From an uncultured Oscillospiraceae bacterium (GTDB lineage Bacteria > Bacillota > Clostridia > Oscillospirales > Oscillospiraceae): DNA of 43,864 nucleotides. Under the pieces are notes generated by a model. That model saw only the letters and a program-made list of their open reading frames with translations. It searched no databases and was not told the DNA's origin. Below, piece by piece: positions 17,258-26,943 of the stretch (its first letter is position 1; each line of letters begins with the position of its first letter). The position numbers and the translations under genes were made by a program. The DNA lies in assembly GCA_904398675.1 (NCBI GenBank), contig CAJFPI010000059.1:1-43864 (forward strand), read 5' to 3'.

Positions 17258-17295
17258 AAAAAAATCCAGGCGAAACCGTTTCGCCTGGATTTTTT
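17258..17295. terminator. Bidirectional rho-independent terminator between the convergent lipoprotein and hydantoinase genes
   Basis: AAAAAAATCCAGGCGA-aaccgtt-TCGCCTGGATTTTTT. Confidence 0.8.
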
Positions 17296-17311
17296 ATAAA
17301 GGGGGAACTTC

Positions 17312-18685
17312 TTAGAGTGTACAGGGACCGCGGCGGATAAAGGCCCCGCTGCAGCCCTCCTGCACCGCGCCGTTTTCCACCGCCAGCTGACCGCGGAGGT
17401 AGACCTGGGCGATGCTGCCCTTGGTCTGATACCCCTCGTAGGGGTTGTAGTCCACATTCTGCAGCTGGTCGGCTGCGGTGATCACACTGTCCTTGTCCGG
17501 ATCGTAGACCACGATATCTGCATCGCTGCCCGGGGCGATCACGCCCTTGCGGGGCCAGCAGCCGTACAGCTTGGCGGGATTCTCGCTGAGCACGCGGCAC
17601 ATGTCCTCCAGCGTGATCCGCCCCGCGGCCACGCCGGCGGTGTAGAGGAGGACGCCCCGGCTCTCCACGCCGGGCATGCCTCCGGGAATCTTGGTGAAAT
17701 CCGACTGCCCCATCCGCTTTTGCTCCAGGGTGAAGGAGCAGTGGTCTGTGGCGACGGTCTGGATCTCCCCGCTGGCCAGAGCCAGCCACAGCGCCTCCTG
17801 GTCGGCCACGGTGCGCAGAGGAGGCGAGCAGATATATTTTGCAGCCTCAATAAACTCCGGCGCGTCATAGACACTGTCGTCCAGCAGCAGGTAGTGGGGG
17901 CAGGTCTCCACATACACTGTCTGCCCCCGGGCCCGGGCGGCGCGGACCTCGTCCAGGGCCTCCTTGGTGGAGAGGTGGACGATGATCACCGGTGTGTCCA
18001 CTACCTCGGCCATCCGCAGCACATGGCTCACCGCCTCTGCCTCCAGCTGGTTGGGACGGGTGCGGGGATGGGACGCAGGACTCATTTTTCCGGCAGCCTT
18101 GGCCTCCTCGATGAGAGCGCTGATAACGCCGCAGTTTTCACAGTGGATGCCGGTGAGGCCCCCCACCTCCTTCATCCGCTGCAGGGCGAAGAACATCTCC
18201 TTTTCCGGCAGCATCATGGCCGGGTAGATGGTGTACATCTTGAAGGTGGGGATCCCCTCCTCCACCATCTCCCCGATTTCCCGGGAAATGCCCTCGTTCC
18301 AGTCGTCTACCGTCATATGGAAGGAGTAGTCGCAGACGCACTTCCCGTCCGCCTTCTCGTGCCAGCGGCGCAGCCCGTCGTGAAGGGTGTCCCCTTTATC
18401 AGGGGCGGAGAAGTCCACCACCATGGTGGTGCCGCCCCGGAGGGCGGCCCGGCTGCCGGTGGCGAAATCGTCGGCAGTAATGGTGTTGGCCACCTCCAGG
18501 TCGAAGTGGGTGTGGCCGTCGATAAATCCGGGGAAGAGGAGCTTTCCGGTGCAGTCCACCACCTTGTCGGCGGCAGCGTCCAGATCAGCTCCCACGGCGG
18601 CGATGGTCTCGCCGTCCACAAGGACGTCGGCGGCGGCTGTCCCCTGGCCGGAGACAACGGTGCCGCCCTTGAGCAGAATTTTCAT
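17312..18685 (-). CDS. Dihydropyrimidinase / D-hydantoinase (cyclic amidohydrolase)
   Basis: Internal start MKILLKGGTVVSGQG in track ORF 17312..18739, with AGGAGG SD. FPGFIDGHTHFDL is the HxH metal motif. Length (457 aa) and overall pattern are typical of the family. Confidence 0.85.
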   Translation of the reverse strand: MKILLKGGTVVSGQGTAAADVLVDGETIAAVGADLDAAADKVVDCTGKLLFPGFIDGHTHFDLEVANTITADDFATGSRAALRGGTTMVVDFSAPDKGDTLHDGLRRWHEKADGKCVCDYSFHMTVDDWNEGISREIGEMVEEGIPTFKMYTIYPAMMLPEKEMFFALQRMKEVGGLTGIHCENCGVISALIEEAKAAGKMSPASHPRTRPNQLEAEAVSHVLRMAEVVDTPVIIVHLSTKEALDEVRAARARGQTVYVETCPHYLLLDDSVYDAPEFIEAAKYICSPPLRTVADQEALWLALASGEIQTVATDHCSFTLEQKRMGQSDFTKIPGGMPGVESRGVLLYTAGVAAGRITLEDMCRVLSENPAKLYGCWPRKGVIAPGSDADIVVYDPDKDSVITAADQLQNVDYNPYEGYQTKGSIAQVYLRGQLAVENGAVQEGCSGAFIRRGPCTL

Positions 18686-18754
18686 AGAGGACCTCCTGAC
18701 AAAATGAAGTTGCAACACGCCGCGCCGCCTGAGCGACACGGCGGGGATTGGTTG

Positions 18755-18784
18755 CTGTTGCCATCAGTATAGCACAGGAGGAAG
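18755..18784 (-). promoter_or_regulatory. Candidate sigma-A promoter for the hydantoinase gene
   Basis: On the minus strand: TTGTCA, 18-nt spacer, TGCTATACT (extended -10). It lies about 70 nt upstream of the start codon. Coordinates are approximate. Confidence 0.4.
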
Positions 18785-18957
18785 AACATTGACAAGGTCT
18801 CATTCAGGAAAACAAGCGGCGGGAAAGAAAATAGAGAATGGATATGGCAAAGCCGTCGGAACTGTGGTATAATAAAAACCAATAAAACAAAATGTCAGCC
18901 AGCCCTCATACAACTGCGCGGAGGGCGGCTGGCAGACAGCGCAGGGAGGGCTGATCG

Positions 18958-20268
18958 ATGGAGAAGAAAAAACGGGGGCTGTCGCTGTTGGCGGCCCTGA
19001 TGGCGCTGTGCACCATGCTGACGTCTCCTGTATGGGGAGCGGAGAGCACGGAGGAGGGCGCAGCAGAGGATGCGGCCTATTATGCAGCATATTTTGCCAT
19101 GACGGAGGCCAACCTCACCGCGGGAAGTGACCAGGCGGAGACCAATCTTGGCGATTTGGTGGCGGATGCCATGCGCTGGAAGGCGGAGAAGGCCGGCGAG
19201 AAGGCGGACGCGGCGCTGATTGCGGCGGCATCCCTGGATTCCGCCGCCGCCATCTCTGCCGGGGATGTGGCCAGAGGAACGATCCGGGACCTTCTGCCTG
19301 GGGAGGATACGCTGTGTGTCATCCGCGTTACCGGCGAGCAGCTGCTGGAGGCGCTGGAGGCGGCGACGCGGGAGAGCCCCGCCGCCTCTGAAACCTTCCC
19401 CCAGGTGTCCGGCCTGACGTTTACGGTTAATGGTCTGGTCTCCTATCTGGAGGGGGAGTCCTATTCGGACACAGCGTATTTTGCACCTGCCCAGCCGGGC
19501 AGACGCATTACTGTCTCCACTGTGGGGGAGAGGGAGTTCCGCTCTGCCGCCACCTATACGATCGCCACGACCGGCAGCATTGCCGCCGGTGGGACGGCCT
19601 ACGGTGCATTTGCCGGCGCGGTGGTGGTCTATGACGAGGGGGAGACGCTGGAGTCGGTGGTGATGGAATATATTGCCGAGGCGCTCAGCGGCGTTATTTC
19701 TGCGGAGCAGTATGGTTCAGCCCAGGAGCGGATCCGCGTGATCGGCTACCAGGATGTCAGCGCAGACAGCTGGTATGCCCCGGGGATCAACTTTGTTACC
19801 ACCCGCAGCCTGATGCAGGGCAGCGGCGGCTATTTCTACCCGGACCGGGAGATGAGCCGGGCCATGGTGGCCTCCGCCCTCTACCGGATGGCCGGGTCCC
19901 CGGCGGTGGTGGGGCACAGCCCCTTCCTGGATGTGGCGGAGGATGCATGGTATGCCGATGCGGTGATGTGGGCTGCAGAGCGCGGGCTGATCAACGGGAC
20001 GGGAGATGGGTATTTCCAGCCTGACGGCAGCATTACCCGGGAGCAGCTGGCTGCGATTTTGTTCCGCTATGCGGAAATGGCTATCCCCACCGGGAGCCTC
20101 GATCGCTATACCGACAGCGATTCCGTCAGCGCCTATGCCCGTGAGGCCATGCGCTGGGCTGTGGGGGCGGGACTCATCGGCGGCGCTACCGAGACGACTT
20201 TGAATCCCCAGGGTACTGCCACCCGGGCCCAGACTGCAACGATTTTGATGCGGTACGCAATGTCGTAA
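18958..20268 (+). CDS. Secreted SLH-domain protein carrying a 5'-nucleotidase C-terminal (substrate-binding) domain only
   Basis: A signal peptide is present (LSLLAALMALCTMLTSPVWGAE). ETNLGDLVADAMRW is typical of the 5'-NT C-domain. Three C-terminal SLH repeats follow (YQDVSADSWYAPGINF..., FLDVAEDAWYADAVMW..., YTDSDSVSAYAREAMRW...). Confidence 0.8.
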   Translation: MEKKKRGLSLLAALMALCTMLTSPVWGAESTEEGAAEDAAYYAAYFAMTEANLTAGSDQAETNLGDLVADAMRWKAEKAGEKADAALIAAASLDSAAAISAGDVARGTIRDLLPGEDTLCVIRVTGEQLLEALEAATRESPAASETFPQVSGLTFTVNGLVSYLEGESYSDTAYFAPAQPGRRITVSTVGEREFRSAATYTIATTGSIAAGGTAYGAFAGAVVVYDEGETLESVVMEYIAEALSGVISAEQYGSAQERIRVIGYQDVSADSWYAPGINFVTTRSLMQGSGGYFYPDREMSRAMVASALYRMAGSPAVVGHSPFLDVAEDAWYADAVMWAAERGLINGTGDGYFQPDGSITREQLAAILFRYAEMAIPTGSLDRYTDSDSVSAYAREAMRWAVGAGLIGGATETTLNPQGTATRAQTATILMRYAMS

Positions 20269-20309
20269 TGAGCCGGCGTGATGCTTGGAAGAGGTCGGAG
20301 GACGGGGAT

Positions 20310-20801
20310 ATGGATGTGAAACAGGAGATGTCCACCACGGAAGATGTGGTGATTCTGCCCGGCGCCCGGGTGAACGGCGACGTAACGCTCGGGCGGGGCA
20401 GCTCCGTGTGGTACAATGCAGTGATCCGGGGCGATGCCGCGCCCATCCGTATCGGGGAAAACACCAATATCCAGGACAATGCGGTGCTGCACACCAGCGC
20501 AGGAATGCCTCTTTCGCTTGGAAACGGCGTGAGCGTGGGCCATGGCGCGATTCTCCACGGCTGCACGGTGGAGGACAATGTCCTGGTGGGCATGGGCGCC
20601 ATTGTGCTGGACGGGGCGGTCATCGGACGGGACAGCCTGGTGGGCGCCGGAGCGCTGGTGACAAAGAATACAGTGATTCCCGCCGGCTCCATGGTGCTCG
20701 GCAGCCCTGCCAAGGTGCGGCGGGTACTGTCGGAGGAGGAGAAAGCGGGGATCGCACAGAACGCTGCGGTTTATGTGGCGCTGCGGGAGAAGTACCGCTG
20801 A
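20310..20801 (+). CDS. Gamma-carbonic-anhydrase-like / left-handed beta-helix (hexapeptide) protein
   Basis: VWYNAVIRGD...IGENTNIQDNAVLH...VGHGAILHGCTVED...GMGAIVLDGAVIG matches the YrdA/PaaY family pattern. The start was chosen at MDVKQE (GGAGGA SD). The ATG at 20268 is also possible. Confidence 0.8.
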   Translation: MDVKQEMSTTEDVVILPGARVNGDVTLGRGSSVWYNAVIRGDAAPIRIGENTNIQDNAVLHTSAGMPLSLGNGVSVGHGAILHGCTVEDNVLVGMGAIVLDGAVIGRDSLVGAGALVTKNTVIPAGSMVLGSPAKVRRVLSEEEKAGIAQNAAVYVALREKYR

Positions 20802-20835
20802 GAGGCTTTCCCGGGCGCAGTCCTGCGGCGGGCTT

Positions 20836-21363
20836 TCAGCAAATGGAGATCTGACAGGCGGCCATGGCCTCCAGCGCATTCTGATGGCGCTGAGGTGTCA
20901 CGCCCGCGCAGCAGTCCGCCGCAACGGCAATGGGTACCTCCGGAAGCGCCGCTTTTAAAAGCAGGGCGTTGGAGATGACACAGATATCTGTACAGACGCC
21001 CATGAGGAGGACCTCGTCAATGGGGGTTTCCTGGTGGACCTTCTGCAGAAATGATGCCAGCTCCAGGCTGCCGAAGGAGGGCTTGTCGAAAATAGGGGAG
21101 CTGTGGGTTTCGGCGTAGGAGCCCAGCTGGGGCGCCAGCTGCCAGCCGTCTGTCTCCCGGATGCAGTGGACCACCGGCAGGTTCTTCCCCTCCTGGGTAT
21201 GGAGATAATCTGCGCCGTGGGAGTCCCGGGTGAAAAGCACGGTCCCTTGGAAAGAGGCAACCCTTTCCGCCACGATGGGAAGGATTTTTACAGCCTCCGC
21301 CGTTCCAAGCGCCCCATCAATAAAGTCCTTTTGCATATCCACAACGATCAAATAGCGGTTCAT
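20836..21363 (-). CDS. Isochorismatase-family cysteine hydrolase (nicotinamidase/pyrazinamidase-like)
   Basis: 175 aa. LIVVDMQKDFIDGALG carries the catalytic Asp and GVCTDICV the catalytic Cys. AGGAGG-like SD. Confidence 0.8.
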   Translation of the reverse strand: MNRYLIVVDMQKDFIDGALGTAEAVKILPIVAERVASFQGTVLFTRDSHGADYLHTQEGKNLPVVHCIRETDGWQLAPQLGSYAETHSSPIFDKPSFGSLELASFLQKVHQETPIDEVLLMGVCTDICVISNALLLKAALPEVPIAVAADCCAGVTPQRHQNALEAMAACQISIC

Positions 21364-21513
21364 AGCGTACCTCCTGAAGAGTGTTTACCGACTGGCCTTA
21401 CCCCCAGTGTATCCCATTTTACGCTATCTGGCAAGCAGGGAAAACAGCATACAGCTGCGGCTGCCGCCCTGCCGGGCGTCAGCAGGCAGCAAGAAAGGGA
21501 AAGCAGCAGGGAA

Positions 21514-21951
21514 ATGAATATTGCGAAGATGATGACGCCGAAGGCGTGCACAGTTTTTTTACATACGGACAATACGGTGCGGCAGGGGCTGGAGCTGCTG
21601 CGGCACCATGGATATACGGCAATCCCCGTTCTCAACGACAAGGAGGAGTATCTCGGCACCATTACGGAGGGGGATTTTCTCCACCATATTCTGGCGGTGA
21701 ACACAACTGATCTGAAGGCCCATGAAAAATATCGGATCGCCAGCCTTCTCCGGCCGGACTTCTGCCCGCCGCTGGGAATCGGAGCCAGCGCGGCGCAGGT
21801 GGTTGAGGCGGTGATGCAGCAGAACTTTGTCCCCATTGTGGACGACAGAAACTGTTTCTGCGGCATTGTGACCCGCCGGGCAGTTATCGCCTGGCTGGCG
21901 GAGCGGGCCGGTCAGGCGGAGTTGCAGCGGGCCTCTTCCGTCAGCAAATAA
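21514..21951 (+). CDS. Stand-alone CBS-pair domain protein
   Basis: Internal start MNIAKMMTPKACTVFLHTDNTVRQGLELLRHHGYTAIPVLND...FVPIVDDRNCFCGIVTRRAV in track ORF 21103..21951. This reads as two CBS repeats. Confidence 0.75.
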   Translation: MNIAKMMTPKACTVFLHTDNTVRQGLELLRHHGYTAIPVLNDKEEYLGTITEGDFLHHILAVNTTDLKAHEKYRIASLLRPDFCPPLGIGASAAQVVEAVMQQNFVPIVDDRNCFCGIVTRRAVIAWLAERAGQAELQRASSVSK

Positions 21952-22002
21952 GAACAGAGCCACGCGCCTTTTTTGGACTATTTATGAGGCGCGGCAGACA
22001 GA

Positions 22003-22035
22003 AAACGGGGACGCATCCAGGATGCGTCCCCGTTT
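22003..22035 (-). terminator. Rho-independent terminator for the liv operon
   Basis: AAACGGGGACGCATC-cag-GATGCGTCCCCGTTT, a perfect 15-bp stem. The T tract is on the minus-strand side, downstream of livF. Confidence 0.7.
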
Positions 22036-22052
22036 GCACATCTGCGGGCCGA

Positions 22053-22751
22053 TTAGGTGCCGAGATAAGCTTTTTTGACGGCTTCGTTGTTTAAAAGCTC
22101 CTTGCCCGGTCCCGTCAGCGTGATGGCGCCGGTCTCAATGACATATCCGGTGTCGGCGGTCTGCAGGGCCAGGTTGGCGTTCTGCTCCACCAGAAGAATG
22201 GTGACGCCGGCCTCGTTGATCTTGCGGATGATGGAGAAGATGTCAGCCACCACCAGCGGGGCAAGCCCCAGAGACGGCTCGTCCATCATCAGCAGTTTCG
22301 GACGGCTCATCAGCGCCCGGGCCACGCACAGCATCTGCTGTTCGCCGCCGGAGAGCGTGCCGGCCATCTGCCAGCTGCGCTCCTCCAGCCGGGGGAAAAG
22401 GGAGTAGACCCACTCGATGTCCTTTTTCAGGTCATCCTTGCGGAGATAGGCACCCACCTTGATGTTTTCCAGCACCGTCAGGTTGGGAAAAATCCGCCGC
22501 CCCTCCGGCGTCATGGTGATGCCCATGCCCACAATGCTCTCCGTGCTTTTGCCCACAATATCCTCATCCTGAAAGAGGATTTTTCCGGATGTCGGCTTGA
22601 CAAGGCCGGTAATGGAGCGCAGCGTGGTGCTCTTTCCGGCGCCGTTGGAGCCGATCAGCGTAACGATGCTCTTGTCTGGCACCTCAAAGGAGATGCCGCG
22701 GACGGCCTGAATGCCCCCATAGTGTACAACCAGATCTTCAACCTTCAGCAT
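22053..22751 (-). CDS. livF: Branched-chain amino acid ABC transporter ATP-binding protein LivF
   Basis: Internal start MLKVEDLVVHYGGIQAVRGISFEV. Walker A is GSNGAGKST and the signature is LSGGEQQML. It overlaps livG by 14 nt. Confidence 0.9.
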   Translation of the reverse strand: MLKVEDLVVHYGGIQAVRGISFEVPDKSIVTLIGSNGAGKSTTLRSITGLVKPTSGKILFQDEDIVGKSTESIVGMGITMTPEGRRIFPNLTVLENIKVGAYLRKDDLKKDIEWVYSLFPRLEERSWQMAGTLSGGEQQMLCVARALMSRPKLLMMDEPSLGLAPLVVADIFSIIRKINEAGVTILLVEQNANLALQTADTGYVIETGAITLTGPGKELLNNEAVKKAYLGT

Positions 22752-23529
22752 CTTCAGCCACCCCCAAGTATGCGTCAATGACGCGCTCGTTATTTTTGAT
22801 CTCATCCGGTGTGCCGTGGGCAATGGTTTTGCCGAAGTCCAGCACATAGATCCGGTGCGAGATATCCATGACGATCTGCATATGGTGCTCGATCATCAGA
22901 ATCGTCAGGCCGAACTGCTCATGGATTTGAGAGACGAAGGTTGTCAGCTCCTGGGTCTCCTGCGGATTCATGCCGGCCGCCGGCTCATCCAGCAGCAGCA
23001 GGCGGGGATCCGTGGCCAGGGCCCGGGCAATCTCCAGGCGGCGCTGCTGGCCATAGGGAAGACTGGTGGCCATGCTGTCGGCCTGATCGGCAAGGCCCAC
23101 GATCTCCAGCAGCTCCATAGCACGCTTGCGGAAGGCGCGCTCCTCCTTTTTATACTGGGGCAGCCCCAGCATGGCAGTGGCAAAGTTGCTTTTGACATGG
23201 AGATGCTGGGCAGTCAGGACATTTTCAAGCGCTGTCAGCTCGCTGAACAGCCGGATGTTCTGGAAGGTGCGGGCCACGCCCCGCTTGGCAATGAGATCGG
23301 GGCGAACGCCGGTAATATCCTCCAGGTTTCCGTCCTTTTTTGCCAGCATGATCTGCCCCTCCGTGGGAGCATACACACCGGTCATCATGTTAAAGGTGGT
23401 GGTTTTTCCGGCGCCGTTGGGGCCGATAATGGCCACAATTTCGCCCTGATCCACATAGAGGTTCAGGTCCTCCACAGCCGTGACGCCGCCGAAACGCATG
23501 GTGGTATGTTTGGTTTCCAGGATTCTCAC
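22738..23529 (-). CDS. livG: Branched-chain amino acid ABC transporter ATP-binding protein LivG
   Basis: 263 aa. Walker A is GPNGAGKTT, with LPYGQQRRLEIARAL and LLLDEPAAGMN. It overlaps the livM stop by 4 nt. Confidence 0.9.
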   Translation of the reverse strand: MRILETKHTTMRFGGVTAVEDLNLYVDQGEIVAIIGPNGAGKTTTFNMMTGVYAPTEGQIMLAKKDGNLEDITGVRPDLIAKRGVARTFQNIRLFSELTALENVLTAQHLHVKSNFATAMLGLPQYKKEERAFRKRAMELLEIVGLADQADSMATSLPYGQQRRLEIARALATDPRLLLLDEPAAGMNPQETQELTTFVSQIHEQFGLTILMIEHHMQIVMDISHRIYVLDFGKTIAHGTPDEIKNNERVIDAYLGVAEDAEG

Positions 23530-24668
23530 TTGGCTGCACCTCCTTTTTCACCGCGGCGGATCAGGCGCTTGCAGCGCGCGCCGGTTCGCTGTATCAAGCG
23601 GAAAAGACCATCCCAGCTGAACTCGTTGGAACCAAAGAGGCCTCTGCGGTAGAAGAGGATCACAACCATCAGCAGGGCAGAGAACACCAGCATACGCAGG
23701 CCGGAGATCTCGGGGATGGTAATGGGGCCGATGGAGAAACCGGAGTCCAAAAACCGCAGCCACTCCTTGCCGGCGGTGATGAGGCAGGCGCTGACCAGGG
23801 TGCCGGTGATGCTGCCCTGGCCGCCCAGCACAACGATGAGAAGGATCTCATAGGCCAGGGTGAACCGGAAGTACAGCGGGTTGATAACGCCCACCACGCT
23901 GGCCAGCAGTCCGCCGCTGAGGCCGGCCAGGAAACCGGAGATGACAAAGGAGAGCATCTTGTGCTTGAACAGGGAGATGCCCATGGCCTCCGCCGCCACC
24001 TCGTCGTCGCGGATGGATTTGAAGGCCCGCCCATAAGACGTTTTCATCAGCCGATAGACCAGCGTGATGCACAGCGCCGCCGCAATGGTGGTCCACCAGA
24101 TGTTGGCGGTGTCGGGAATGCTCTTGATACCGATGGAGCTGTTGGTGACGGAGCCCACATTGGTGATGATTACGCGGATGATCTCTGAAAAGCCCAGGGT
24201 CGCGATGGCGAGGTAGTCACCCCGCAGCCGCAGCACCGGGAACCCGATGAGGAAGGCGATGAGGGCAGCCAGCAGTCCGCCGATCAGAATGGCCGCCAGG
24301 AAGGGCGCCTGCATGTCCCGCACCCAGCCCTGGATGGGGGTCACGTAGTACATCTGCTCCTTCACCTCAGGCGGAATGATCAGAAGGCTTGTGGTGTAGG
24401 CGCCGATCGCCATAAAGCCCGCCTGCCCCAGGGAGAACTGACCTGTCAGGCCGTTGATCAGGGTCATGGAGAGAGCGGCAATGGTGTAGACGCCGCACAG
24501 CCGGATGATGCGGACCCCGTAGGAGTCCAGAATAATACCCTGGTCGGCCAGAAACAGGAATACAACGAAAATCACGAGGGTAACCGCCGTCAGAATGCGG
24601 TTCCTGTTCTTATGCGAGGAGGCGCCGGGCTGGTTGAGCCGGCCTTGCACGGTTTGATTCGATCCCAT
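23526..24668 (-). CDS. livM: Branched-chain amino acid ABC transporter permease LivM
   Basis: 380 aa and polytopic. GQFSLGQAGFMAIGAYT is typical of LivM. AGGAGG SD. Confidence 0.85.
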   Translation of the reverse strand: MGSNQTVQGRLNQPGASSHKNRNRILTAVTLVIFVVFLFLADQGIILDSYGVRIIRLCGVYTIAALSMTLINGLTGQFSLGQAGFMAIGAYTTSLLIIPPEVKEQMYYVTPIQGWVRDMQAPFLAAILIGGLLAALIAFLIGFPVLRLRGDYLAIATLGFSEIIRVIITNVGSVTNSSIGIKSIPDTANIWWTTIAAALCITLVYRLMKTSYGRAFKSIRDDEVAAEAMGISLFKHKMLSFVISGFLAGLSGGLLASVVGVINPLYFRFTLAYEILLIVVLGGQGSITGTLVSACLITAGKEWLRFLDSGFSIGPITIPEISGLRMLVFSALLMVVILFYRRGLFGSNEFSWDGLFRLIQRTGARCKRLIRRGEKGGAAK

Positions 24669-24680
24669 ATTCCTCCTCCT

Positions 24681-25592
24681 TTACGCTTTGTCGACGCCGG
24701 CCTTGTCCCCCAGCAGTCCTGTGGGCTTGACCAGCAGGATAATGATGAGCAGAACAAAGGCGAAGGCATCCTTGTAGCCGGACAGCCCCGGCAGGAACAG
24801 CACCAGCATGATCTCGATGAAACCCAGCAGAAATGCGCCGATCACAGCGCCGCCGATGCTTCCGATCCCGCCCAGCACTGCCGCGATAAAGCATTTCAGA
24901 CCGGGCATCACGCCTACATAGGGCTCGATCTTCGGGTACTTCAGGCCCCACATGATGGCGCCTACCGCTGCCAGCAGCGAACCGATGCAGAAGGTGATGG
25001 AAATGACGCGGTTGACGTTGATGCCCATGAGGCGGGAGGTGTCAAAATCCCGGCTGGCCGCCCGCATGGCAATACCCATCTTGGTGTGGTTGACCAGGTA
25101 CAAAAGCGCCGCCACCAGAATCGCCGTGATGATGGGGACGATAATGACCATCCGCTGGATATGCACGCCGCCCACAATGATGACGTCCTGGAACAGGGGG
25201 ACGCTGGGGAACTGCTTGGGAATGCCGGAGAAACAGACTACCGCCAGATTCTGCAGGAGGTAGGACACGCCGATGGCGGAAATCAGAACAGAGATTCGCG
25301 GGGCATTTCGCAGCGGCTTATAGGCCGCCCGCTCAATCACAATGCCCAAAAGCGCGATGCCGACAATCCCGGCAATGAAGGCGATGTACCAGGGCGCCTG
25401 AAACAGCGTGGTCACATAGAACACGAAATACATGGCCATCATAAAGACCTCGCCGTGGGCGAAGTTGATCAGCCGGAGGATGCCGTACACCATGGTGTAA
25501 CCAATGGCCACCAGAGAGTAGAGGCTGCCCAGAGACAGTGCGTTCGCTATGCCCTGGACAAATTGCTCCATAGAAGGAATCAATACATTCAT
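24681..25592 (-). CDS. livH: Branched-chain amino acid ABC transporter permease LivH
   Basis: Internal start MNVLIPSMEQFVQGIANALSLGSLYSLVAIGYTMVYGILRLINFAHGE, the classic LivH N-terminus, in track ORF 24681..25706. Confidence 0.9.
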   Translation of the reverse strand: MNVLIPSMEQFVQGIANALSLGSLYSLVAIGYTMVYGILRLINFAHGEVFMMAMYFVFYVTTLFQAPWYIAFIAGIVGIALLGIVIERAAYKPLRNAPRISVLISAIGVSYLLQNLAVVCFSGIPKQFPSVPLFQDVIIVGGVHIQRMVIIVPIITAILVAALLYLVNHTKMGIAMRAASRDFDTSRLMGINVNRVISITFCIGSLLAAVGAIMWGLKYPKIEPYVGVMPGLKCFIAAVLGGIGSIGGAVIGAFLLGFIEIMLVLFLPGLSGYKDAFAFVLLIIILLVKPTGLLGDKAGVDKA

Positions 25593-25740
25593 ATCGTCAC
25601 CTTTGCTTTCGCTGAAGTATGGCTCCGGACCAGGTGGGCTGCCGGAGCGGCCGGCCGGAAATGGGAGCGGTTGGAGGGAGGTACGGAACCTACCCTCCAA
25701 CCGCAAATCAGATGCTATGGAAACGGGATATATGTGCGTT

Positions 25741-26943
25741 TTATTCGAGGTTCACTTCCACAGTGTCGTAGTACACATATTCGCCGTCCTGCGCCACCTT
25801 CAAAACCACCTGGTTCTTGATAGCGTCGCCGTTGTCGTCAAAGCGCAGCGCACCGGTGGCGCCGTCCATCTCCAGGGCATACAGGGCGTCCTTCACAGCG
25901 GGACCGTCGGTGGTGCCGGCAGCCTCAATGGCACGGATGGCAGCCAGATATGCGTCAAAGCCCAGAGCGGAGAGGGCGGAGGGGCTGTCGTCATAGGTGG
26001 AGCTGTAGGCCTCCATAAACTCCTCGCCCACATCCGTGGTGGGAGCAGCGGGATCGAAGAAGGTGGAGGTCACGGTGCCGTTCACATCAGAGCCGCCCAC
26101 TTCCAGGAAGGCGGGAACGTCGATGATGTCAGTGCCCATGAAGGAGGTGTCATAGCCGAGGGCGCGGGCCTGGCTGATGCACAGGGCAGCCTCCGTGTAG
26201 TTGCCGGGGATGAAGATAACCTCGGGCTCACCGGCCATAACGGCCATGATCTGGGAGTTGAAGTCCTGGTCGCCGACGCTGAAGGAGGCCTCGCCTACCA
26301 TCTCGCCGCCCAGGGACTCAAAGGTCTCCACCAGGGAGGCACGGACGCCCACGCAGGTGTCGTTGGTGATCTCATAGATGATAGCGGCTTTCGTCGCTCC
26401 CAGCTCCTGGGCAGCATATGTAGCAAGAGCCGCACCCTGGAAGTCCTCCATGAAACAGACACGGAAGTAATACTCGTTGCCCAGGGTCACGTTGGGGCTG
26501 GTGGCGGAGATGGTGATGGCGGGCGTCTGGGATTCCTCAAACGCATCGGCGCCGGCCATGCTCAGGGAAGAACCCCAGGAGCCGAGGACCACATCTACCT
26601 GCTCGCTTTCCACAAGACGCGCTGCCGCGGTAGCAGCCTCTACCACGTCGGACTTGTTATCCACCTTGACAAGCTCAACGGGACGGCCCAGGACCTCGGG
26701 ATAAAGCGAATGGGCCAGCTCGATGCCGCGCGTCTCATATTCGCCGCCCGCCGCGCTGGCGCCGGTAAGGGGCTGGAAAATGCCGATCTTGATGGCGTCG
26801 CTGTCGCCGCCGCTGCTGCCGCCGTCGTCGGAGGTACCCCCATTGTTGGTGCTGCCTCCGTTGTTTGCCGTGTCGCCGGTGCTGCAGCCTGCCATGGCAA
26901 TTAGCAGCAGCAGAGAGAGCAAAATGGATACCATACGCTTCAT
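25741..26943 (-). CDS. livJ: Lipoprotein substrate-binding protein of the Liv (type 1 periplasmic binding fold) ABC system
   Basis: MKRMVSILLSLLLLIAMAGC contains a lipobox. A Gly/Ser/Asn/Asp linker follows, then IKIGIFQPLTGASAAGG, typical of Leu/Ile/Val-binding proteins. Confidence 0.9.
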   Translation of the reverse strand: MKRMVSILLSLLLLIAMAGCSTGDTANNGGSTNNGGTSDDGGSSGGDSDAIKIGIFQPLTGASAAGGEYETRGIELAHSLYPEVLGRPVELVKVDNKSDVVEAATAAARLVESEQVDVVLGSWGSSLSMAGADAFEESQTPAITISATSPNVTLGNEYYFRVCFMEDFQGAALATYAAQELGATKAAIIYEITNDTCVGVRASLVETFESLGGEMVGEASFSVGDQDFNSQIMAVMAGEPEVIFIPGNYTEAALCISQARALGYDTSFMGTDIIDVPAFLEVGGSDVNGTVTSTFFDPAAPTTDVGEEFMEAYSSTYDDSPSALSALGFDAYLAAIRAIEAAGTTDGPAVKDALYALEMDGATGALRFDDNGDAIKNQVVLKVAQDGEYVYYDTVEVNLE

